This document shows positions 1-7,539 of a stretch of DNA of 11,111 nucleotides, piece after piece (position 1 is the first letter of the stretch; every line of letters starts with the position of its first letter). The notes beneath the pieces were generated by a model. It made no database searches and had not been told where the DNA came from. It saw only the letters and a list, made by a program, of their open reading frames with translations. Made by a program: the position numbers and the translations under genes. The DNA is from Octopus sinensis (taxonomy: Eukaryota): NCBI RefSeq assembly GCF_006345805.1, contig NW_021827098.1:1-11111 (forward strand), written 5' to 3'.

Positions 1-1832
1 CTTTCTTTGAGGCAGTCAATTCGCGAATTCCCTCAGCCGTGAAAATCGGTCTTCAGTCGATCAGATACTGCATCACAAAGACTGCCTTATTCTCACGCAG
101 GCGACCAGACTTATTCTCAGGCAGGCGTGGACCACCTGGTCTCCCTCCTCTCCCTTCGTGGACCACCTGAATCGAGGAACTCCGGGTCCTCCAGACGTGT
201 TCTTCGTGGTGGCAATGTACGAGCACATATCCTCAGATGTTCTCTGACAGGTCATTTATTGGGTTACCAACACGTTGGCCTCCTCTGTATTTGATCGTGC
301 ATCGACATTGAACGACGACCCGTCCACTCCGGGGAGTGAGTGACTGTCCTCTCCCCCCGGACTCAACTCCTATGAGGGGGACGCCAAAATGTTCATTCAG
401 GTCACTTTTGGCTTTATCTCAGGACTTGTGTGCAGTGGCCGGAGGAGACAAATCCAAGTGGATTCAGAAAATGGGGGCATGGCCCTTTCTATTGAACTAA
501 TTATTTCATTTCAGTATTGAACAACAAGCTGTTTAGCACGGTTTGGGTGTCACATCATTTCAGAAAGAGGTTTCCGAGACCTGGTTAGGACACAGGTCTG
601 CTCGGTCGTCGTCCAACTCTTGTCCCACGGCCGTACATTTGAAAATCAATATTTGCACGTGTCCTTTTCGACAAGACAACAATTGATGAAATTGGTATTC
701 CTACTATTCAGGACATTTGACTTTCTGGTTTGGACACGTTTTGATGTGGTAGGCACTGGAGAGACATCTCATTGCCTGTCTTCTGTCTAAACTGGTCCTC
801 ATGGGAGACCGGAACGTCTTCTTTTATTCTCTAGCCGCAGAGACCCTGCAGGCTTTCCTTCAGGGTGCCTTTGTTAGAAGGTTTGGTTGGCGAGAGAGTG
901 GCAAGGCGGTGGAGTTGGAGGACAGTGAGAGGAGGTCTTGCTACTTTAAGGCCATCAAAGTGAGTCTGAGTATTCTGTTGGAGTGAATCCATTTTGTGGA
1001 GTCAAAATTACGGAATTGCGGAATTTTATGACCAGATGGGATTCCGTGTCGGAAACGTGTTTTATCCTCTCATTAGACTGGTCTACATGGACGGGTGTTC
1101 AGTGCACTGGTAGGTAACCCTTCTAATCGTCCAGTGTCAATATGGGGAGGGGGACCACCCTCGGTTACTCCTGCACACGTGCTGAATCTGATCTATGACC
1201 AGGTGGAGGACATGTTGGCCAAACTGACCCTCTTTCTGGACACGTTGGGAGGTCGTCTGCCATTTCTCTTGTTTGGAGGACATTGTGAAATCCTCAGTCT
1301 GTTGATTATGCTGGTGGCCTCTCGTTATTATTTGTAGTACTCCCAAATGAGTACTTGCTTTCTTGGTGGAGGGAGTTGTGCGAGAGTGGAATATGCGGGG
1401 ACTGGAGTGTCACGGGAGTGTTATCCTACGACAATGTGCACACGTATTTGGAGAACTGTACTGGTTACTCTCGACTGTGTATGAAGATGTCTATGAAAGT
1501 ACTCATAGTGTGGTCCCATTCCCTTGTACATTCATAGGAACGTCGTAAAAGGGAAATGGCAGAACAGGTCCTCATTCGATTGGTTTCCGAGGGAGGATTG
1601 GAGGCTGGGTGGGGTCCTCTCGTGTTGTGTTTTAATGTGGCTGTGTTTGTTATTACCAGAACATGGCCATTTTGCGTGGAATGACAATTTCACTGCAGTC
1701 ATGGATGTGCTCTCCACCTCCAACTGCAGTGCCTGTGAAAGACCCCCCTTCGAGATTGTGTGGGACAAGATGTGTCTGATCCCCGGACTATGCCGATATG
1801 TCAGGTTGTTCGCTCTGTGGAATGTTACCTGA
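1..1832 (+). CDS. 3' portion of an unidentified intron-rich protein-coding gene, possibly disabled; 5' end lies outside the window
   Basis: About 50% GC island. Protein-like reading segments switch frame at short GT...AG stretches: 401-422 (22 nt), 659-675 (17), 695-711 (17), 1057-1076 (20), 1114-1134 (21, contains CTAAT), 1179-1202 (24), 1314-1337 (24), 1513-1537 (25), 1637-1659 (23), 1707-1729 (23). The preferred 3' model reads ERRKREMAEQVLIRLVSEGGLEAGWGPLVLCFN|NMAILRGMTISLQSWI|ACERPPFEIVWDKMCLIPGLCRYVRLFALWNVT*, with TGA at 1830-1832 and AATAAA just after. The full exon chain is not resolved (e.g. a TAG at 750 interrupts one path). No family recognised. Confidence 0.55.
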
Positions 1833-1845
1833 GTGCCAACCTACG

Positions 1846-1851
1846 AATAAA
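1846..1851 (+). promoter_or_regulatory. Putative polyadenylation signal AATAAA
   Basis: Begins 14 nt after the TGA at 1830-1832, where the GC-rich island gives way to AT-rich DNA. Confidence 0.5.
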
Positions 1852-2107
1852 TTGAAAAGAAAGGCCAGTGAGAACGTGACTGTTCTCCAAATATTTTTGA
1901 ATTTAGAAATCAGTTTTGCTTTGAAAAGTGATGAGTTTGTTGTCTTGAAAGTAAAAATACACATATAACTACGATTGTAAAATTCGGGCTCTCAGATACC
2001 ATTTTGATGTCTACATTGAAAAAAAAGGATACAAACCTTCATTCTTTTAAATTTTTTTATCCCAAAGATTTTCATTATTTAAAAATTAGAAACAATAATT
2101 TGATCAG

Positions 2108-3050
2108 TTAATAAGACGCTCGGACAGCCTGGCGAATAGCAATGTCATTCCCACGAATACAGGGATCGACAAACGTTCCAAGAGCCAAAATGATTCTCTG
2201 GAATCGTTTTTTATCATTGATATCCGTCAACCAAGCGAGCAACGGAAGAGGCGCGTCTTGGGGCCAAAGATCCCCGAAGACTCCAAGGAGTAAAAGAAGC
2301 GAATTCGAGAGGTGGCCTTACTTAAGAATCTTGCAATCCTCGGTCAGCCTCGAAGCGTGCCCAGGATCAACAGCGGGCAGTGCGCGATTTCAGTCGGTGT
2401 CTGAGCAGGTGAAGTCCCGAATACGAGATTTCCCCTGCTCGTAAGGGAAGGTGGACATTTGAGCTTTTTCCGTCTTCTCTATCCAGCTCCACCGGCTCAA
2501 AGATTGACGGGACACCCACAGAAACAAAACCTCTCTGTATGATTGCGTTGAGTTCACTGTGGCGAGCAGCTGACCGGCACTCCGACAGCAAGCGAGAGGG
2601 TGCAAATCGTACTCTCAACAGTTCCCACACAAAGGCATTTGTGCGCCTGAAAGATCTTCACCCAGACACGGAGGGAGATTGCGATCCTTAAGCAATCCTT
2701 GTCCACCAGATCGAGATGGAAGCCAAAGGGAGAGCTTTTAATTCAAACCTGCGAGATCGTCGAAGACCAGATTGCAGCGTGAGCTTGTAAAAATCCTAAG
2801 GATAAGCTCAAAATCGGAGAGAAGGTTATTTCAGTGAAAACACGGTGTACATCTAAACGTGTAAAAGGTCTTGGGGCAGAAAAGTAGTTTCGGAGGAGGA
2901 AAAGAGCCAAATTAGGCTCGATGTCTTTAATCTCCTCGATCATTTTAGATATATTTGAGATTTTTCAAGATAGAAAGCCTTCAAAGGCAGAAGGACACAT
3001 GAAAAAAGAGAACCCTAAGATTTGGTTTGACTGTAATTTGAAAGTGGGAA
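2108..3050 (-). mobile_element. Decayed CRE-like (RLE-type) non-LTR retrotransposon fragment: post-RT region, Cys/His knuckle and restriction-like endonuclease, with an internal deletion
   Basis: Frameshifted minus-strand translation: LALFLLRNYFSAPR ... KDCLRIAISLR..IFQAHKCLC..LHPLACCRSAG..RHSELNAIIQRGFVSVGVPSIFEPVELDREDGK..STFPYEQGKSRIRDFTCSDT ... RGNDIAIRQAVRASY* (stop 2108-2110). This matches the RH...EP...DG(KRP)D...WD.T...RGN signature of CRE-type RLE elements. 5' boundary approximate; no TSD found. Confidence 0.85.
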
Positions 3051-3250
3051 AGAATCTTTCGGAACAAAAAGGATAACCGTGGAACATATAGATGTTAACG
3101 AAGTAAGATAATTTAAAAAAGCAAAACTGCTCAGAAACTCTACATAACCTCTAATCAACAGGAACAATCGTCCAAACGTTCAAAGAAGAACGTCAAGTCA
3201 CGTTTAAGCAATGCAAAGTATATAACACATCATCACAGCTTTATGTAAGA

Positions 3251-3408
3251 ACAATTTTGATGAACGTTCTCTCAGGGCAAATTTTAGAAATGATCCTAAG
3301 AAGGCTAGCTTTAAAATTGATGATGAAAAACAATTTTTATGAACGTTCTCTCAAAGCAAATTTTAGAAATGATCCCTAGAAGTATAGCTTTAAAATTACG
3401 CAGAAGAA
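3251..3408. repeat. Imperfect tandem duplication, period 79 bp, about 2 copies
   Basis: acaattttgatgaacgttctctcagggcaaattttagaaatgatcctaagaaggctagctttaaaatt at 3251 recurs as acaatttttatgaacgttctctcaaagcaaattttagaaatgatccctagaagtatagctttaaaatt at 3330. Confidence 0.9.
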
Positions 3409-3432
3409 GAAAAATTTTTATTTAAAAAGAGG

Positions 3433-3626
3433 CTGTTAGTGGAGAATAGATAAGGACCTTTGACATTCCTGCCTTTTTAGTCCCGGACACACGCTCACTT
3501 CTCAGCCGCAAACTAAGACTTACCGCCTTACCTGGTACCCAGACATTATCTTTACTAGGACCTTAGATAGACCTTTGAAGGACAATTCCTGGGTTTCCGA
3601 GTGCTCTTCTCGCCATCCTTAGCCAT
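3433..3626 (-). pseudogene. Possible 5' fragment of a small-intron gene, divergent from the SDR gene
   Basis: GC-rich island with minus-strand ATGs (the first at 3626). It has canonical donors (GTAAGG 3531, GTGAGC 3498) and candidate introns 3572-3550 (23 nt), 3531-3513 (19), 3498-3473 (26) and 3457-3433 (25, ending ACTAACAG). The product is not recognisable and the exons are only 14-18 nt. Confidence 0.3.
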
Positions 3627-3771
3627 GGGCTAGCCGGGTAGCTTGTCTTCTGACTTTCTTGAGTGCGCTAATTAAATTGATAACGCGTTTCGTCTTTTCA
3701 TATTTAAGTATAAAAATTGACAGCAGGCCAATTAGTTTATTAAATTAGTTCATTAAATTACGAATACTCGA

Positions 3772-4003
3772 ATGAAAGTAGTCATTACTGGTTCAAAAGG
3801 TAATGTCTCTTGTCTACTGTAGTGGAATGGGCTACTCCACTGATAAACTATTAGTGGGAAGTGATCCCTCCCGCCATCTCATCATTGCCTGTAGAAATGT
3901 ACAGAAAGGCTTGGAAGCCGTCAGTTCTCTCAGACAAAACAACCAAACATGTCAAATAAGCCTGTCCTCATAGACATGGTCGCCCGACTGTCCATTTTCA
4001 GGG
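3772..4003 (+). pseudogene. Classical short-chain dehydrogenase/reductase (RDH/WWOX-like SDR), exons 1-2
   Basis: MKVVITGSK|(S)GMGYSTDKLLVGSDPSRHLIIACRNVQKGLEAVSSLRQNNQTCQI/PVLIDMVARLSIFR contains the TGxxxGxG NAD(P)-binding motif and the typical IIACRN strand. The motif is split by a 23-nt GT-AG intron (3800-3822). One base is missing near 3798 and one near 3959. Confidence 0.85.
3800..3822 (+). other. 23-nt spliceosomal intron (SDR intron 1)
   Basis: gtaatgtctcttgtctactgtag splits the TGxxxGxG motif. The unspliced frame stops at its TAG. Restoring the frame needs one extra base in the upstream A-run. Confidence 0.7.
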
Positions 4004-4127
4004 GTGTAAATTATATTATGTCACATGCCTCAGGGATTACTATGCCCCCACCTTACCTCCGAATTATTTCTGATAAATAATTGATTAATGATTTTTCAAT
4101 TTTTTAGAAAAATTCACAACGACACTC

Positions 4128-4188
4128 ACCCTACCCCTATATACCCTACCTATACCCTAACCCTAACCTATACCCTAACCATAACCAT
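4128..4188. repeat. Degenerate telomere-like (CCCTAA)n array inside the MITE
   Basis: Perfect CCCTAA at 4155, 4161 and 4173, interspersed with CCCTAC, CCTATA and CCATAA variants. Confidence 0.8.
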
Positions 4189-4233
4189 GAGATAAAACAG
4201 CATGCTTAATTTATTGTTTTTTAATGATAATGG

Positions 4234-4253
4234 TTATTATTATTATTATTATT
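4234..4253. repeat. (TTA)n microsatellite, the 3' tail of the RTE-like element
   Basis: About 6.7 TTA units, ~25 nt downstream (minus strand) of the RT stop. The tract overlaps the last TTA of the left TSD. Confidence 0.85.
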
Positions 4254-4278
4254 TGCAACATACGTAGAATCATATTAG

Positions 4279-5481
4279 TTATAATTTTACTCGTGCAGCA
4301 TTAAAAACAATCCTTTGAACCAGCCTCCTCCAACCTCCTCTGTCGTGAGCGAGTTTCCTCAGCTCGTCCAGATCCTCACCACTCCTTAGCCTTTTTCACA
4401 CATTTCAGGTCTCCGTCAAGTGTTTCCGGCAGCGTAACACGTGGACGTCCACGGAAGCTCGATCCCTCTTTCAGGAAGTAGCCCTCCATTGCTATGTTAG
4501 CTGGGGCAAGCATGTCCATTCGTAGAATATGGCCAACAAACCTCCACCGCATATTAACGATTTCCACACTCAGAGGGCCAGTTCTCTGCTGTATATTGTA
4601 GATTCCTGGTTGATTCTTATAGGCCAGTTCAATCCCAGTAGGGATCTAAGTTGCCTGCGGTGAAAAGAATCGAGTCCACGTTGTTCAGTACTAGACATTC
4701 CCCAGGTCGCCGAATTATATGTCAGGATTGGTTTGACAAAGGCTTCATACATCCTCAGACGAAGTGACGTACAGAGTCGTCGTTTGCCGATCCACTCTTT
4801 CTTTATCTTGTTCATCGTGGCCCAAGCGAGAGCCTTTCTTCTGACAATATCATGGCCGTCCCCAAGTAGAGAACCGAGTTTGTTCGTTTTGCGCCAGGCT
4901 TCACTTGAGCTGCTCTCCATCCTCATGATTTCAACGATGTCGGTTTTTCAACGTTCATTTTAAGGAACCATCTGTTCAGCTCAGCAGGTGCCACTTCAAG
5001 GAGTCGAAGTAAGGCCGATTTGTCGTCTGACACGAAGTCGACGTCATCTGCATATACAATTTCGACGATATTGCCAGCATAGAATTTTCGAAGGTCTCGT
5101 AGTGCCGTCTCCAGATAGATCACGAATAGCAACGGCGAGAGGGCGTCTCCCTGAGGGGTACCGACGTTGCACGTGAATTCACGGGAAACGCCGTGCCGAC
5201 CCGCACCTTGAGCTTTGTGTTCGATAGTAGTACTCTTATCATATTGACAGAGTCAGGGTCCAGGAATTGTTCCAGTATTTTGAGGAGTAGACCACGGCGT
5301 ACCGTGTCAAAGGCCCTAGACAGGTCTATTCCCAGGACTGTTGTTGCACTTTTGTATCTCTGGGTGATAGCGCAGTACCACTTGTGGGCCCAAACAGCAT
5401 CGGCGGTGGATCTTCCTGTCCTAAATCCACTATGACTCGGGGATAGATAGTTGTCCACTTGTTCTCTTATTCGGTTCAGTG
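4279..5481 (-). pseudogene. RTE-like reverse transcriptase, central and C-terminal part, frameshifted
   Basis: LNRIREQVDNYLSPSHSGFRTGRSTADAV..GIDLSRAFDTV..GTPQGDALSPLLFVIYLE..IVYADDVDF (YADD at 5043-5054)..LRMYEAFVKPILTYNSATW..LDSFHRRQLRSLLGL..RWRFVGHILR..GRPRVTLPETL..LRKLAHDRGGWRRLV; stop at 4279-4281. Confidence 0.93.
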
Positions 5482-5995
5482 CAGGAATTGAACAGCTAAA
5501 GGACTCTTCAAAAATGTTTACGGCAATCCGCCTACTCAACAGGAAAAAACAAACTAACAAACTCAAAATCCATGACAGCAATGGAAGATTCATCACAATC
5601 CCAAAGAGCAGGCTGAATATATAGCCTCGTATTTCGAGAGATATTAACCGCTCACGGAGAAATATCCGATTACACCAGCGGATACACCACTCATCTCAGC
5701 CTACCTATCACCACCGGTGAAGTATCACTGCAATAGCCAACTTAAATGGCCGCTCCTCTGGACCGGATGGAATAAATTCAGAACTGTTTAAATACGGACC
5801 GCCTGCACTAACAGACAAACTGGTGGAGCTACTACTCAATGGTATGTTTATGAAAAAGGAATTCCTCGGTCTTGATTCCGGATTATTAATACCGATCCAA
5901 AAGCCTAACAAGCAGGCTGGGCCTGTCGAAAATCTACGCCCTATAATCTTGCTAAACACCTTACGGAAACTTTTGGGATTAGTTACACTGAACCG
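5482..5995 (+). pseudogene. N-terminal part of the same RT ORF, inverted
   Basis: GIEQLKDSSKMFTAIRLLNRKK..KEQAEYIASYFE..NGRSSGPDGINSELFKYG..LLIPIQKPNK..ENLRPIILLNTLRKLLGLVTLNR covers the pre-RT linker and first RT domains. It ends at LNR, exactly where the minus-strand arm begins. Confidence 0.92.
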
Positions 5996-6173
5996 TGAAT
6001 GATAATGGTTAAGCATTGAAAAAATAAAAATCCATAATATTATTAATTTTTAAATTAATAAGTAAATATATTTCAATCATTTAAATATTTTAAATTGAAA
6101 TTTTAAAAATTTAGAGCAATGGTAACGAGCGGGGCATGGTAACGAACAGGGCATGTGACATATTAAAACACAG

Positions 6174-6400
6174 TACTCATTCCCCACAGCCCCAGAAAAG
6201 ACCATCTGGACGGGCTTATATCCAATGAAGAAACCACGGGCACGTGTCACGTGGTCTGGAGTCATTGCATAAAAAACTTATTTTCACAACCGTTTCTGCC
6301 CCCCTAAAAAAGTCCAGAACGTGTTTGATATGTTTTCGACAAGCAAACGACTGTTCTGTTAACAGACTGGGTTCATAGCTTGTAGTCTGGAGATCCCGCC
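6174..6400 (+). pseudogene. SDR gene continuation (exons 3-4), decayed
   Basis: After donor 4004 and acceptor 6173 the frame continues VLIPHSPRKDHLDGLISN, the LDxLINNAG-like motif. A degraded GV.C..NLF.T...PLKKS follows, then a 23-nt GT-AG intron (6321-6343), then KR/VLLTDWVH, resembling RIVxxSxxH. 3' end uncertain. Confidence 0.7.
6321..6343 (+). other. 23-nt spliceosomal intron (SDR intron 3)
   Basis: gtgtttgatatgttttcgacaag lies between the PLKKS-like and RIV-like SDR segments. The flanks are frameshifted, so the frame test is weak. Confidence 0.55.
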
Positions 6401-7037
6401 AGGAGAGAAGAGAGTTTAAAATATATTGAAATTCTTGTTGAATTATTGGATAGTTTGGCATGATTTGATTGTTTTTAATTTTATTACTTTGTATGTGAAA
6501 TAAGAGTGTAATTAACATATCGTGTCATTAAAGAAAAAGGCAGCAGAATCTAGTGAAATTAATTCAGAGCTTAATGTTTTTCGTCAAAATAATAAACCAA
6601 ATTTAATCCTTCTTCGAATCTTCGTTATTTTAAATAGATTTCTTGTTAAGAAATAATTGAATTTATTTGAATTATCATCATGTAAATTTGAAAAAGTAAA
6701 ACGTTTCGTAGTGAATTGGCTTACGGAGACAACTTGAGGAAGTTTTGAAAACTCTCAAAGTATCCTCTGCGCCCACAATCCCGATGATCCTGTAGGAAAT
6801 CTGTATTTGATCACTATAATTTGCGTATACACTGAAAGAGTGACTTCGGTGGTGCTTGTTTTTATCTTTCGTTAACGATTTCTCCTTTTTCGTTAGATTT
6901 GGTTTTTTGGACAATAAAAACAATTCTATTCCAAGGATTTTTAAAAATCAAGTTAAATAATCAATTATCGAATATAACTTATATATTTTCTAAAAATATT
7001 TATTTTTTGAAATGAATAAAAATATCGAATTATTATC

Positions 7038-7058
7038 AAAGCGTGTTCTGCACGCTTT
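7038..7058. repeat. Perfect 8-bp stem / 5-nt loop hairpin
   Basis: AAAGCGTG-ttctg-CACGCTTT in very AT-rich DNA, followed by a TG/T-rich tract. Confidence 0.6.
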
Positions 7059-7539
7059 CCTGTTGTTTTGTTGTTTTGTTTTTTGTACGTTGATTATTAC
7101 TTTTTATTCAAATTTTTTAAAGTATAATTTCTATTTGCATTTTATTGCTGATTAAATATTTGGTACATGTAGAATACCTTGAAAAAAGTTATTTTACAAG
7201 TTAATTTGTGGCTATTGCCTCACTAGTTTTATCTCAATTGAATGCATCTTTTTAATTGATTTTTTTTCTATTGTATATATTCATTTTTATTGATATTTCA
7301 TGATTATCAACTTTATTGTATTTTTCTTTGATCTAAAATTTGATTAAATCTGTAAAATATTAATTTTTAATCTCTTTTATTCACAATTCTTAATCTTTGT
7401 AAAATATTATTATTGTAATTTGAATCATTATTGTTATATTTTTTTTCTAGACTTTTTTTAAACGAACACGAATTTAATTATTGTTATATTATTTTTATAA
7501 ATTATTATGTCACAGGCTTAGTGTGTACCGAGCCTAGGT

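Larger units (their letters stand above)
4237..5997 (-). mobile_element. RTE-like non-LTR retrotransposon (RTE/RTEX type), 5'-truncated and 5'-inverted, 14-bp TSD
   Basis: TSD AATGATAATGGTTA at 4223-4236 and 5998-6011, with a (TAA)n 3' tail. The sense arm 4237-5481 is on the minus strand and the inverted 5' arm 5482-5995 on the plus strand. No endonuclease domain remains. Confidence 0.93.
4019..6160. mobile_element. Non-autonomous DNA transposon (MITE), ~367 bp without the nested LINE; TGT...ACA termini, 5-bp TSD TATTA
   Basis: Perfect 11-bp terminal inverted repeat TGTCACATGCC (4019-4029) / GGCATGTGACA (6150-6160), extending imperfectly to about 40 bp (shared ttac[t/c]atgcccc and ttacc blocks). 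TATTA occurs at both 4014-4018 and 6161-6165. No transposase sequence. Confidence 0.85.
4004..6173 (+). other. SDR intron 2: 23 nt ancestrally, expanded to 2170 nt by nested insertions
   Basis: Removing 4019-6165 (element plus one TATTA copy) gives gtgtaaattatattaaaacacag (23 nt), a phase-1 intron that joins SIFR to VLIPHSPRKDHLDGLISN in frame. Confidence 0.75.

Noticed and set aside
2-790. One + frame is interrupted only by TGA (8, 245, 341, 518) over ~262 codons, suggesting TGA reassignment
   Set aside because: TGG is used freely and TGA appears to be the terminal stop at 1830. Several of these TGAs sit beside intron-like signals, and TA-poor coding DNA naturally lacks TAA/TAG in off-frames. 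Micro-introns explain the pattern better.
1532-1860. Minus-strand acceptor-like ttttcaatttattcgtag and ORF 1532-1768
   Set aside because: The translation is not protein-like and no nearby donor exists. The sequence is the reverse complement of the + strand 3' UTR containing AATAAA.
2142-2444. 100-aa + strand ORF
   Set aside because: Antisense to the CRE-type endonuclease region.
5120-5596. 158-aa minus ORF, the longest in the track, taken as a single gene
   Set aside because: It is chimeric: its first ~38 codons are antisense to the inverted RT arm and cross the inversion junction at 5481/5482.
5708-6016. 102-aa minus ORF
   Set aside because: Antisense shadow of the inverted RT N-terminal arm.
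6077-6518. Minus-strand ORFs 6216-6518 and 6077-6265
   Set aside because: They overlap SDR exons 3-4 and the MITE right TIR on the opposite strand, with no recognisable motifs.
6530-6930. Weakly coding-looking region (ORF 6678-6923, GTAAGC donor-like site on the minus strand)
   Set aside because: No consistent exon chain or recognisable domain could be built, and the composition is AT-rich.
7038-7085. Hairpin plus T-tract as a bacterial intrinsic terminator
   Set aside because: The context is eukaryotic (spliceosomal introns, LINEs, hAT) and no bacterial gene lies upstream.
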